DNA from: the human T2T-CHM13v2.0 reference genome, Homo sapiens
DNA: 64,000 nt
Reading direction: 5' to 3' (one strand)
Assembly (NCBI RefSeq): GCF_009914755.1
Contig: NC_060937.1
Shown: positions 24,844-40,640 of the stretch, piece after piece
How positions within the stretch are numbered: position 1 is the stretch's first letter
How the letters are laid out: each line of letters opens with the position of its first letter
Made by a program: the position numbers and the translations under genes
Notes under the pieces: generated by a model
The model's input: only the letters and a program-made list of their open reading frames with translations
Told to the model about the DNA's origin: nothing
Databases searched by the model: none

Positions 24844-25319
24844 CCCACTGTGCATGCCCATTACTTTGACACAACCACTCCTTGCCATGTAAACCTGAGA
24901 CTTCTGGGCACTCTTCCCTAGTAATTCGATTTGGCTGTACTTAGTGGCTTTTCTTCAGACATTCTTTTTCAGAATGTTTTGTTTCACTGCTAAAGATGAT
25001 GCTCTGTAGATGTTTGTTGTTTTCAGATTGTGTTTGGATAATTTTAGAAAGGCAAGGTTCACACACAGAGGCATCTTTAAAAGTGAAACACAAAAATGGA
25101 CTCTTTGGGATATGTAAAGCTATGATACCTGAAAAACTGGAATTTCTTATATAAGTATTAAAATATCTCCAATTTAAAAAGTTCAGTAATTGATTAATAA
25201 TTCATCATCCTTTTAATAATTTTTTTAAATCACCCAGTTGCTCAAATTTGTGTAGAAGTTCACTGAAAAGCAATGTGCTGTTTATGACACACACACTCTA
25301 ACATATTCACTAAGAGTGT

Positions 25320-25540
25320 TTTCTCTGAACTCAAATAACCTGGTTGAAAATTTTGTCTTTGCCATATGTTATCGCTGTAACATTGGAGAAAAACTTGACC
25401 TCTCTATACTTTAATTTCCTTATCTGTGAAATTAAGACACAGCTTATAAGTATTTTGAATTTGTTTAATGGGATGAAATACATATATGTAATACTAAAAA
25501 ATCTAGGCATAGGATAAGTTCTTAAGAAATGTTGATTATA
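25320..25540 (+). mobile_element. MIR
   Basis: acttgacctctctatactttaatttccttatctgtgaaat matches the MIR core. Confidence 0.65.
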
Positions 25541-26516
25541 ATAAAATTATTGAAGGTTTTCATTAATGACAGTCTTAAACCTAAAGCAAGCTATTTATGA
25601 AACTATCTAATCCAAATATCATTTTATCTTAAAAGCAGATATCTTTCCATAAAACAAAACATACATAGTTTATGATAATTATTTTATAGTACTTTTAAAT
25701 TTATCAAAGTAATTCACCAACACATTATTGATGTGGCTCATCAAACTAATTTTTGAAACAAAATGTATTTCAATTAATCATAATGCCAAGATATTCTACT
25801 ATTAGGACAACAAGAAGAAAAGTTAATTTTAGAACTTTAGAACAAGGGAAAAGTGAAAGTTAATATACTGTAAGTGACCACTTTCTCTGAAAGTCCTAGC
25901 GCCTCCCTGGGTGTTATTTTCTTATGACCACCGTCACTATAATGCTAGACTAATGTTATGATGATCACGGTTTCCAAAGCAATCCCCCACAACTCCAAGA
26001 ACCACAAACAAAAAGCCAGCTGCAGACCTAGAGAGAGGTATACATAAACACCATGAGTTCCTAAATTCCCAGTTGCTTAATAACTGCAGTAGTACAAAGT
26101 GTTAATGGTGATGATGATAATTCATTCATGGAATCACAGTTAGTGGGAATACATGATCACGAGTAGACAAGAAAAGAAATATTTTTTTCTGAATTTCTGA
26201 AAGACAAAAGCTACTATTGTTTAATTTATAGTTGGAGTTATGATTAAGAGTTGTAAAATGATACAATGACACATACATAAACATTGTTTCAAGGTTCGTT
26301 GTCTATCATTTACTGGCTTTCTTCTAAGAAATTAGAAAAATGTTCATCATAGAAGATTCTATGCTTAGTCATGATAACTAAGACACATAAGTATAAGATT
26401 ACCATTAATTCAGTGGCCCTCAACCAGAAATGATGTTAATATCTAGAGGTAAAGAGATGAACATGCCTTACCCCCAAGAAGCTTACAGCCTATCCGGGGA
26501 GAAAAACACATGGTTG

Positions 26517-26876
<360 letters not shown>

Positions 26877-28229
26877 TCATAAAATAGAAACGTTTTGTTA
26901 CTGTAGGAGTACAATAGACAATTTTAAGAGATTAGGAAAGATTTCGTGAAGAGATGGGTGAGGTTATTCCTGAAAGGTAAAACATAATCATGAATTACCA
27001 TTACCAGTTAATTACCAGTTACCATGCATTATCAGTAGAAAAAAAAAAAAAAAAAGGCATTGAGTACACAAAAAACAAAGTGTCTGTAAGTTTTATACCT
27101 AATGGTGTACATTTCTAAGTAAAAAATAGCTACCATCATAATAATTACCTTTAAACATTCTAATCAATTTGAAAACTGATTTGACTGATTTTTCTTACAT
27201 TGCTTGCTTAACAGTCCCAATGTCATCCCAGATTATAACAAAATTTATTACACTGGTGTCAGTAAAACTATCTCAAATGGCCCAAAGTAAAAACAAAAAT
27301 TTGAGATATTAAATGTTAATTTTTATTAGCACAAATGTGAATTCAATTAATGGTTTTCTTTTTTAAAATAAAAGCAGAAATATTTGTAAGATACAAAAAA
27401 TGGAAAATAGAACATAATGTAGATTTACTTAGGCATTACAAATTTTTGAATACCCATGAAGTATTGAAGGGGTTAAAACTGTAATTGATTTAAACTTTCT
27501 GTTATATTTCTGTAGCTGTAATAGTTTTCAATATTTCAAAAATAAAATCATACTAATTTTGTTATGTGTTATTCTATTGTACACCAGTTTCTGAGAGAAA
27601 ACATGATTGTATAGCCAAAGGCCTTTAAAATTAATTCATCCAGGTAAATTTTCTTTGTATATCATATTAAATATGTAATTTGCAGCAAAGGACAGGTCCT
27701 TTTGGGTTTAATCTGAACTTTGAATTTTGAATCTCAGAATAAAATTTATTTGAGCTGAATCTTACAAATCAAAATATCTTCTACATGAACATGGAGAATA
27801 TAAATATAAATGCAAAGATATTTGTATTATATTTACAAAAACGTTCTTTGACCTCTATTTAGTTGTGTAGAATTGATATTCTGAATTATACCTGCCAGCC
27901 TTTGGCACTGATGAGAATTCTATCTCAAGGATATAATAGGCTAATGCCTCATGACAATAGGGCAAAGGATTAGAGTCCTATTGGAGATTATGTATTTGTC
28001 AGTTTTGTGCATTTAGTTTGAGCAATGTGTGGAAGAAGTAAAATGTGAATGTTCATATATTGTGCATAGCTCATACTCAAACTACAGTGAAAATGTAATA
28101 AAATTTGTTCCATGAGTACATGCCTAATTTGTGTTTAAACCTGCATAAACAATTTATGATTATGTCAGTCATTATACAAGAGTCAATCACATAATTTCAT
28201 TGCAGTTTTTCAGTCTAAACAGCTTTGGT

Positions 28230-28990
28230 AGAGACCGTTTGAATTGCATCTCTACGCTCTTTCTACCCAGGACCCCTCCATGAGCAAAGCTGCCCCTTGC
28301 CCAGTTTTTCCCATATCACTCAAAATTCACTGCATCAGTCTCTTACTTGCAACTTTTTTAGGGGGAGGACAATTCCAGTAGGCTCCTAAATCGTTTGCCT
28401 GTTTCTACACCCCACATGGCAGCCGGAGTATACGTTTATAAATATAAATGTTCACTCCTTTGCTTAAGACTTGCCATAGGATTTCCAATAAAACAGGAAT
28501 AAAATTCAACTGTTTTCTTCACTTCGGTCTCAATTGTCTCAATTCTCCAAGCTTATTTCCTGTTACTCTCATCCTCATGCTGTGTTCTAGCCACCTGCAC
28601 TCGCTAGCTATTTCTCCATCTTGCCCAACTTGCTCCCTCTCTTGCGGCTCTTGTAGGTGCTTCCTGAGTTTCTGAAACATTCTTCCTTAGATCCTCAAGA
28701 AACGTCTCATATTTTAAAACTTTGAACAATTGCCATCTAATAGAGAGGAGTTTTAGACAACAATATCTAGCATGTCCATCCGAGTGAGACAAGTTTTACT
28801 GTGCTCTTCATTGAATTATTCGGGTTAATTTTTTCCTAAAAGTTATCACTTTTGAGAATCCTTAATTTTAAATAGTTATTAATTTATTTGCTAGCTTTTT
28901 ATTTGTTTTCCTGGACTTGATTTTTCCATTTTTCTTAGTGCATAGAGCAATCAATAAATATTTGTCGAATTTATATACGAATGAATAAAT
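28230..28990 (+). mobile_element. L2 fragment with 3' end
   Basis: cactcctttgcttaagactt, ctcatgctgtgttctagccac, caataaatatttgtcgaat...atgaataaat. Confidence 0.65.
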
Positions 28991-30084
28991 GTTACATTAT
29001 GTGACAATTTATAAGAACAGGTTAATATTTGCTCTCATTTCCAAATTATGCTGCCTGACGGTGATTAAGAAATTCTAAATCAGATGTTATGAATTAACCT
29101 ATGTATTTTGCTTATTTTTTGTTGCTCATGAAAAAGAAGCATGCAGTGAACTCTCCTTCACATTCTTTCTGTGTAGTCACACACACACACCCTCTTTGCC
29201 CTACAATTCAGAAAACACTTCCAATAATGTATACTGTCTGGTTTAACATTTAAGTTTTACATTTGTTAATAATAAATAATAATTAGTTCATAATTTTGCT
29301 ATTATATTAATATATTTCATATGTCTTAATCATCATAAATTTATTATTAGTGTAGGCAGGGAGGGAAATGAATCACTAATTTCTAAAAATACCTTCAACA
29401 TAGGTAAAATATAAATTACTTTAATTGAGGTAAGTTTGTTGCCCTGAAAAGAATATTTCACTTGAAGACAATTTGTTTGATATTGAATTGTTTGATGCAT
29501 ATCAGCCAAATTCTGGCTAACCACCCACTAACCAATGGTCTAAGTAAGTAGACTTTTGCTTGAATCTACCTAACCTGAACATAGAAATTTCACAATATAT
29601 TATTCTGGAGTTAAATGATATAATTTGAGTGGTGGCATCTGACACAATTGAGGCCCTCAATACATATTTTTTTGTATCATCTATAGCTATTAGTCATTTC
29701 TCCTTCTGAAACTGCTAATATAGCCATTGCCTAATTACTATTATTTTCTATGTTTAAAATATGTTTACTTATAAGGTTCGTTTGATAGGCAATAAAATAA
29801 AATAAAACACAAAATATAAAAATTGACTCAGTAACAAAGATTCTAAGTTACATATTTAAAGAAAACCAGTGATATAAAACCGTTATTATTGGCCAATGTT
29901 TTTATTTTGCTAACTGGATACACATATTACCTGCATCCATGAGGAACTTCTACCATGAGAAAATGTATACTATCTCTGTGAAACAAATGACTTTTAAATA
30001 GCAGGAACCTATTCTATAGTAGAGCCTTCATCACTATATAGGTTCTCTTTATAGCAATGCAAGAACGGACTCATACACTACTGA

Positions 30085-30367
30085 CATATCATGAGCTGTG
30101 CTACAGCCAGACATGCATGGCATGGAAATGATGTGTCTGGCAGGAGCCATTTGAGTGAACTTGAAGTATGTCCTATGCAGTTGAGCCTTCAGATGACCCA
30201 CAGTCCTGACACTTCGATTGCTACCTTGTGAGAGAGATTTTGAGCTAGAGGACCCAGAAAGCCATAGCAAGTTCCTGATGCACAGAAGCTGAGAGAAAAA
30301 ATGTTTGTTCTTTTAGGCTGCTATGATTTGGGGGTAATTTGTTACACAGGTATAAATATCTAGTATA
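30085..30367 (+). mobile_element. MLT1E/F-like MaLR LTR, 3' part
   Basis: gagtgaacttgaag, gagccttcagatgac, tttgggggtaatttgttacacag terminus. Confidence 0.7.
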
Positions 30368-30779
30368 TGGCCTGATCTAGAACATTAACGTAGTATATAT
30401 TAGACATCCTTTTCGTGCAATTGTATGAATATCTTTAAATATTTAGTTAAGTTTTTATATTTCTAGATTTGGAATATAAATTACCAAAATTCCATTGAGA
30501 AAGTTTGTGCAAATAACTATAATAATATATGCTCTTTTAAGTTTTTTAAGTGCAATAAAATGATATAGCAAAAAGCTACAATTCAGAAGCCACCAGAAAT
30601 ATATTAGGTATATATTTTATAGGCTGTTACAATCATCTCATCCATTTGTGAGGAATTTCATTAATTTGTTGCAAAAGCAACAAGTTTGCAGATTACATCT
30701 GAGGTTATCTTAGCAATTGGATTAGTTGTATGCCTAATACCTTTCTAGTGGACCTCCAAATCAATTTTTTTTAACATCA

Positions 30780-31790
30780 TTTCTTCCTCCTAAGTACACT
30801 GTTGAATTAGAGATATCTGCTCACTGCTGGGACACCAGATTATCTCGATGTTCTTTCTGTATACTGCTTAACCTATAATGACTCCCTTCTTTTCTGACAC
30901 TCCTTCCTTTACCTAAACTGTCTAAATGTTATAATACCTTAGTGTTTATTTTTCTTTTTGTAAGTCTTCTCCTTTTTTCTGCTCCGCCATCTTTAGGTGT
31001 TCTTGCCTAATCCTAGAGCTATACTAATTTATGATAATAAATAACAAATTTTCTGCTTTAGATTAGGCCTGTATCCTGCAGGTCAGACATATATACATAT
31101 ATAAACACTTATCCAATATCTCTACTTAGAAATCCAACAGATATCTCACAATGTAATGTATATAATTTAACTGAAGTTCTTGATTTTCCCCTACAAATGC
31201 ATTTCTCTTCCAAACTCCTATAACAAAGTAAATGGTACTATCTAATTGCTTATTCTAAAATCTTAGAGTTATTATTGATTCCTCTATTTTATTCGCCATA
31301 CTCATACTATCTTAAAAATATGATTCTAATCTGTTTAATTTTCTCCATCTTCCCTTTACCTTCTAGTCTAAACTAGCACTACATCTCACTAAGATTACTG
31401 TAATACTCTCCTATCTGATTTTTCCATTTTCTCTCTTGCCCCTCAACAATCCATTTTCTGACCAATAACCAGAGTTATTATTTTAAGGAACAAATATGAT
31501 CATGTCACTCCCTATATAAACCTTCAGTGGTTTGTCATTTATCTTAGAATAAGTTTACTTGTTTACCCTAGCTTAAAGGCTCCAACCTATCTCTCCGACT
31601 TCATTTTCTGTTACTTTTTACCTTGTTAATTATGCTCTATCACCCATAATTTACATGATATTCCTCAAAAATGCGAAGCCTTTTTCCTACTCTACTTCCT
31701 TTGCTCCTGATGTATTATCTTAGAATATTCACACAAGTCTTCAAAGCTGCTTTATTTTATTGCTCTAAGTCTCATTAAAAATGTTTCCTT
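30780..31790 (+). mobile_element. L2 fragment (continues at about 33135-33330)
   Basis: caatatctctacttagaaatccaacagatatctcac, gatcatgtcactcccta and aacctatctctccgacttcattt are L2 motifs. Confidence 0.7.
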
Positions 31791-32096
<306 letters not shown>

Positions 32097-32144
32097 GTTC
32101 CCTTTTTAGAATTTGCTACTTAGTGAGTATTTGCCACTCACTCT

Positions 32145-33133
32145 GGCTGCTTAGCATTTTTGAATCCATTTCCTGTTTGGAGAATTTCCTACTTGTTGTG
32201 ACTCCCACTTCCACAATATGTAAACCAGAAAACATACTTTACCCAGCTCCACTGAGGATGTGTCACTAGCATGTGACCCAGTCCCACCAGTTAAGCATAC
32301 GTACCTATACAAGACTTCTTATGCCTAATGTTGGTAATGCTTTCCCCCCACCTCTCTTTTTCCCCATATTCTCTTATAATAGAAGTTACATCCACACATG
32401 GTTCAGCATATTTGATGATTACATTGTCCACACTCCCCTGTGGTACATCAGGGCCATGTGATTAGATTCTGGCAAATGACATGTAAGAAGTGTCCATGAA
32501 AGGGAAGGAAGACTGTCTCCTTTCTATATGACATGTTTCTTCAAACCAGTATACAAGACATAAACTGGACCCCTATATTGAGAAGACTAGAGTGCAAGAT
32601 AAAAGGAGTTTGGTTTCCTGAGTCCCTGTAGCTGTCATGTCAGCTTACACTCAGACTGCTGTGCTTGAGAGAAACCTCATTCTTCTTTGAGCTTTTGTCA
32701 TACAGTACTGGCATCTTTGTTGCAGCAGCTGGTATCTGCATCCTAATTACTACTCTCCAGTCCAGAAATAAACAAAATGAGAATGCAAAAGCTGCTGCTT
32801 TGTTTGGTTTGTTTGTTTTGCAAAGATCGTAGCAGAGATGTCCAGTTTAGACAGTAGATTTCTCTATTATTGTTTGTCGCACAGAAGAACGTTCACATTT
32901 GCAGTTAAAGCAGTCAAGCTTAGTTCTTGGTTTAGAACTATTTGGCATTCTCAATTTCCTCTTGAGACCTCATTTGCAGTGTTTTATTAGTATGTTTTGT
33001 TTTGTTTCTGGAAGCTTAGTCTCAATCTAGTAATTCAACCTTTCCAAGAATTCTGAATTAGCCAGTACACTTTTTCTATTTATTCAGTCAAAGTCAGCTT
33101 CTATTGCTTACAACTGAGAGTCCTGATGCAGAC
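32145..33133 (+). mobile_element. LTR33-like LTR with a nested MLT1J-like LTR (about 32330-32755)
   Basis: catgtgacccagtcccacca and terminus ttctattgcttacaactgagagtcctga are LTR33-like; the inner ggccatgtgattagattctggcaaatgacatgtaagaagtg is MLT1-like. Confidence 0.5.
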
Positions 33134-35229
33134 ACCCTGCCTGGAATTGTGGCTAAAACGGGTCTCTCCAGTACTCTCCATTCCATTATCCAGTTTATTT
33201 ATTTGAAAGCCATTACCACATTTCTTTATTAATTAAGTATAAATTTCACAGATTATAAACTTAGCTGTTTCTGAGAGGTAACTTTGTCCAGTGATTTTTA
33301 CTTAGTTTCTATCCTAAGTATCACTGTGCTCGGGACAGAAAATTTCAATTTAGTCAAGGGCAAACCAAGGCATTTTGTGGGCTTTCTCAGTCAATATGCG
33401 TATTTCCCACCTTGTGTCTTGCCAGGGTGTTGTCTTAAATTTGGGGGAATTACAAAGACAAGCCATAGACTGCACGGAGTTTTTGGAGAAAGCAGGGAGG
33501 ACGTTCGTCCAAGGTAGCACACAGGAGAATTTTAATGCTCTTCTAACCCACTCTGGGAGCTAGGAAATTAGTTTTATCTCCCTAACGCTCTAAATTGGTC
33601 TTAGCCCCTATACTCTTCGAAATTTCTTCTCCATCCTCCCAATTGAATTAATTTTATTTTGTCTATTGTTGAGAAACTGATTTACACTATCTTGTAATTT
33701 GCCCATTTTAAAGTACATTTTATAAATTTCAGGTCCTGAGACTTTCGGAATTTGGCTTTTGAAAATTTCACCTTTGGAAACTGAAAAACATTTTGTTCTC
33801 TAAGCTCATCTCTGTCACAAGTCTCAGAAGCCTCATTTTGACACTAACATCAAAAGTTGAATCTGTACTTCATTTAGACATTTCTCCTGTGACTATCCTT
33901 CCCTGAGACTCAAAGTCAGATGCCAAGTAACGTGGTCTAGAAGAGCCATTTAGGGAAGGTTGTGAAGGAGGAAACACATGGGTAATTTTTCAATATAATC
34001 CACTCAAAATTATCCTATTTGACATTTATTTGTTTATTGAACCCCAACACATCACTATAAATAAAAGATACCCCTGACTTATTCATTGAACTATCTCCAT
34101 TATAGTACCTGTCACTTAGTATGCACACAAATATTTAGAGAAAATTTCTGTAGTTAAAATAGTCTTTCAGTAGATCAGTTTTGATTTTGCCTCTATACTC
34201 ATCTGTAAAATACCTTGTAAAAAATAGTACTAAAATCAATAGAATACTGTGTCATGCTAATTTGTTGGATTCATTGCAAGCTAATAATCAATTAAGGAAC
34301 TTAATTCAACCTGTCAATTCTAGAGTATTCAGTAGGTAGACATAATTAGATGATAAGTATATTGAGAGGAAGCACTCATGCTTCATTCATCTTTCTAGTC
34401 CCCACAATGACTGTACCTGAAGCAAATACTTAATAAATGCTACCAAATTAGCTGAGTTATATTCATATATTCACTAGATATTAAGTGTTTTACACTATTC
34501 CAGACATTATTTTAAACTTTAAGAAAACAAGACAAATCACATGAGAAGAAGCCATTCATGGTGGAGGTGGTTGTGAGGGTTCTCCCTTCAGCAAAGCTAC
34601 CTGAGGGGCTGTTGAGGGCAGCTCCAGGCCAATACGTGCTGTATGAGCCACATGCTAGAGAACCTCATTCATCAGGGGTCTGGAAAGAACATATCTTATT
34701 GAGTGCACAATAATTTGTAATTATTATATTTCTAATGAAAAATATGTATAAAATATATGTGTTTATATACAATTCTTTTTATAGGTTAAAATTTATCTAT
34801 TTTTCTTAGTAAAATCAATGTCAGATTTTCTTGGTCTAATATTAATTACACTTAGTTTTTTGTGTTTGAATCATATATCCATTTACCTTGTTTATTTCAA
34901 ACTGTCTTTAGTATTATATGCTATATGTGTTTCTTATAAACAGCCCATATTGTGATTTAGGTGTTTAATTTTCTTTGTCCTGTCTGATAGTTCTTCACTT
35001 TAATTGAAGTGTTAATCAGTTATTTGGACACTGGCTAATTCCACCAGAATAATATTTTGTCTCTTATTTCTCCCTTGTCCCTTTGTCCTTTTTTTAATGG
35101 CTAATTTTTTTTATGAAAAAGTTTTATCACTTCATTTTCCCCTCTTAAATTTGAACACGGTAAACTTTTATACTATTTTTGTTGGCTACTCTAGAGATTA
35201 AAGAATGCATTTTAAAATAATTTTTACTG

Positions 35230-36340
35230 AATTATAAATTTTGAAGGAAAACTCATGAGTGATAAATGTTAAGTTGGTGAATTATCCCCAAGTGAATCTC
35301 CTTGTCTACCTTTGTCCCGAAGTTGTACCTTATCAAAACTTCAAAACAGCTCCTCGGGATTCTCCAATTTTCTACCTTCTGTGTATCTCAGAAGTATTAA
35401 CTGCATACTAATTGTGAATTATAATTAAAAGGTATTCACTATTAAAATTAACATGAGAAATTAGTTTTTACCTGTTTTAAATGTGTGTAAACGAAAACAA
35501 TATGTTTAGTACACCTTACTTCTTGCTTCCTTTCTCACTATAATATTTGCTACTCATCCACGTTGTTTTGTGTAGCCATAGCTCATTTATTTTTCTTCCT
35601 ATAATATATACCATTATATCAATACACCACAATTTATTTCTCCTTTTTACTCATGATGGACATTTCATTAATTTCTAGTTTTAGGCTAGTTCAAACACTG
35701 GTATTCTGAACAACTTTTAGATATGCCTTTTGGTGCCCATGCACACAGGTCTGTTAATATATACCAAGGAGTAAAATGAGTGGGTTTTAGATATGCCTAA
35801 CTTCAATTTCAGCTGATGTGCTATAGTGATGCTATTACTTTACCTTCCACCATATTTGTATGAGTATTCCTGTTGCTTCACATTTCACTGGTTCCATGGT
35901 AATGACAGTCTTTAACTTTACTGATGTTACCAGTATACAGTTACATATCATTGCGGTTTTAATTTGTATCTATCTGATAAATTATGAACATCTTTTTTAT
36001 TTCTACATTGATCATTTCAGTATTATCTTTGGTGAACTGTCTTTTCCAATCTTGTGCCAAGTTTTCTATTTAGTTGTGCTTCTTTTACTTTTTGCATTTT
36101 GTGGTGAACTTTTAATCTTTTTTTTTTTTCGCTATGAGTTTTGTTGGCTAATTATGCTTAAATTACCTCTGTCCATTTCATGGCTTTTTAAAAAATCTCT
36201 TTTACCAGTATATTTTATGAATATAAATTCTTAATTCTAATAGAGACAAGTCTGTCAATGTTTTCATATTTGTATATTATTTAATAATTCACTCCCTAAC
36301 TTGAAGTCATGAAAATATTATGCCATTTTGTATAAAGTTT
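35230..36340 (-). mobile_element. L1ME 3' fragment
   Basis: ctcatccacgttgttttgtgtagc, gatggacatttcattaatttctagtttt, gtatgagtattcctgttgcttcacattt. Confidence 0.7.
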
Positions 36341-36344
36341 ACTA

Positions 36345-37306
36345 TTTTATTTTATTTATTATTATTTTTAAAATTTTTATTTTTAAGTTCCAGGCTACAT
36401 GTACAGGATGTACAGGTTTGTTACACTGGTCAACGTGTGCCATAGTGGTTTGCTGCACCTATCAACCCATCACTTAGGTATTGAGCCCAGCGTGCATTAG
36501 CTATTTTTCCTAATGCTCTTCCTTCCCCACCCTACTCCCTGTCAGGCCCCAGTGAGTGTTTATCCTGTCCTTGTGCCCATGTGTTCTCATCGTTCAGCTC
36601 CCACTCATAAGTGAGAACATGTGGTGTTTGGTTTTCTGTTCCTGCATTACTGTACTGAGCATTATAGCTTCCAGCTCCATCCATGTCATTGCAAAGAACA
36701 TGATCTCATTCCTTGTTAAGGCTGCATAGTATTACATGGTGTATATATACCACATTTTCTTTATCCAGTCTATCATTGATGGGCATTTGAGTTGATTCCA
36801 TGTCTTTACTATTGTAAACAGTGCTGCAGTGAACATATGTGTGCATGTATCTTTGTAATAGAATGATTTTTATTCCTTTGGGTATATATCCAGAAATGGG
36901 ATTGCTGGGTCAAATGTTATTTCTGGTTCTAGATCTTTGAGGAATCACCACACTGTCTTCCTCAATGGCTGAACTAATTTACATTTCCACCAACAGTGTA
37001 AAAGTGTTCCTATTTCTCTGCAACCTCACCAGCATCTGTTTTTTCTTTAATTTTTAATAATCACCATTTTGACTGGCATGAGATGGTGTCTCATTGTGGT
37101 TTTGATTTGCATTTCTCTAACGATCAGTGATGTTGAGCTTTTTTCATATTTGTTGGCTGCATGAATGTCTTATTTTGAGACATGTCTGTTCATGTCCTTT
37201 GCCTACTGTTTAGTGTTTTTCTTTTCTTGTAAGGCATGCTTGTGACTTTTGCACATTGATTTTTTCTTGTGAGACTTTGCTGAAATTGCTTATGAGCTAA
37301 AGAAGC
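36345..37306 (-). mobile_element. L1PA8/L1PA10-like 3' fragment with an internal deletion near 37232
   Basis: Antisense 3' UTR aggtattgagcccagcgtgcattagctatttttcc is typical of mid-age L1PA; at ttcttgtaa|ggcatgcttgtg the sequence jumps roughly 1 kb toward the 5' end of ORF2. Confidence 0.85.
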
Positions 37307-37310
37307 GTTA

Positions 37311-37413
37311 GCAGCACACCAGCATGGCACATGTATACACACGTAACTAACCTGCAAGTTGTGCACATGTACCCGAAAACTTAAAGTATACCAAAAAATA
37401 AAAACAAAAACAA
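37311..37413 (+). mobile_element. Severely 5'-truncated young L1PA (terminal ~80 bp plus tail)
   Basis: gcagcacaccagcatggcacatgtatacacacgtaactaacctgc...aaaacttaaagtata followed by an A-rich tail; possible TSD aagcgtta / aagcctta. Confidence 0.85.
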
Positions 37414-37960
37414 AGCCTTAAGAAGTCAGCCTGACATTAGGAATTGCTTTTTGTTTAGCAGTACCTGCCAATATTGGATAATATGCAAGTGCCCTTTGAA
37501 GCCAAGAATGTCTCTGGAGAGAGTATTGAAAGACACATGAGACTAGAGTAAAAATCTGTTTTTCATGTCCCATCGTTTGAATAGGGTTCCCATAGAAACA
37601 CATTGTGAGAAAAAAGGCAACCTGAAAAGGGAAAACTAAAACAATATTCATTGGGATAAAAGTGTAGGTTTGCATCACCAGTTTTTAAAATTTTCTGATT
37701 GAAATTAAATAATATTATTAAATAAAGCTTACTGTCTGCAAGAAATAAAGGTGAATCCTCACTACAGGAATATCACAAAATTTTCCATAGCTTCAAAATA
37801 TTTATACAGTCACCAAAATAAAATTTGTAATAGTCTAATACAATTTATAATATTCAAAAATAACCACACACACAAAAGGCAAAGGGTGTAACTGAGAAAC
37901 AAGAGAAACAAATGTCAGTTGAATGAAATTCACTGGAGGGCCAGTAAAATTATCAGATAA

Positions 37961-38242
<282 letters not shown>

Positions 38243-38459
38243 TAATTAAATGAAGTTTAATAGTGTAAATACATATATTTATAGGGAGACTGGAGGAAAT
38301 ATAAGTGAATTAAAATATCCAGTCTCAAGAAATTAGAAGAAAAGGAGAATATTGAACCCAAATGTAGAAAAATGTGATAAAAATAATTTTAAAAACAAAC
38401 TAAATAACATAGAAAATTGTCAAAGCTAAAAGAAAATAAAGAACAAAAGTTTATTTTTC

Positions 38460-39569
<1,110 letters not shown>

Positions 39570-39869
39570 AAAAGTTTATTTTTCATAATAATAAATGTCA
39601 CTGACTCTTTAAGAGAGAAGTAATTAACAACCAAAGAGAATAAATAGATAGTATGAGGTATAATTAAAATAAAAATAAGGGCATCATTATAGTTTCTATG
39701 TATACTAAAAATATTTAAAAAAAGAATTAAGAACAACTTTTTCCCAATAAGGTAGAAATTTAGAAGAAATTACCTGTTCCTAAAGAAAATCGTAACAACC
39801 AGAACTGACAGAAGAAATAGAAAACCTGATTATAAAACTACTAAATAAAATTGAATTTTCATCTCTTTC

Positions 39870-40640
39870 TCTAAGATTTTAGAGTTTATTGTCATTGAGA
39901 GTAACTATACAGAGAGTTACTATATATATTGACAAGTGTTATGCAAATAAAGACACCAAAGAGTAAGAAAGAATTATGAAAATAATTGTAAATCAGCCAG
40001 GTACTATTAGAGAATTCTTCCCCAAGGAGTTAATTAGAATTGACACTCGAATGAGTAGGAGCTAGTCAGGTAAAGAAAAGTGAGTGAGAGTTCATGTGTG
40101 AGCATTGATCCAGAAACAGGAAAGAACAAGATTAGATACTAAGTTAAATCAAATGATAATTTGGGTTTGTGAGGGGGACTGAAGAGACACAGAAGCCTCA
40201 TCTCTAGGGACGTTTGTAATATATAAAATAATTTAGATTTCTGTCTTTAACACAATGTAGAAGTATTAAGTATTTTAGACAGGAAAATGAAAAGATTTTA
40301 TTTTTATTTGAGAGACTAAATCCAGGAAATAAATTAGTATGTATGAAATTAATAGATGAATGGTAGTGACTCAGATGATAACCATTGATGTTGTGCGATA
40401 TTAAGAGATGAAATGCAGAATAATTTGTAATATATTGAATAAAGAAAAATTGAAAAAGATGTCAGGAATGACTAGAGTTTTTCTGGGGTGAATGACATAC
40501 AATTAAAAAGAATGGGGGAGATCTAGTAGGAGAAATCAGTTTAGAAAGTGCGGGGAAAAGTTTTCATTTCAAATGAATTGTTGTTTAGTCTGGAGTTCAG
40601 CAAATCCTTGTTTTGAATCATCTGGCATAGTAATTCAGAA
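39870..40640 (-). mobile_element. L2 fragment
   Basis: gaatgagtaggagctagtcaggtaaag, gtattttagacaggaaaatga, gtcaggaatgactagagtttttctgg. Confidence 0.6.
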
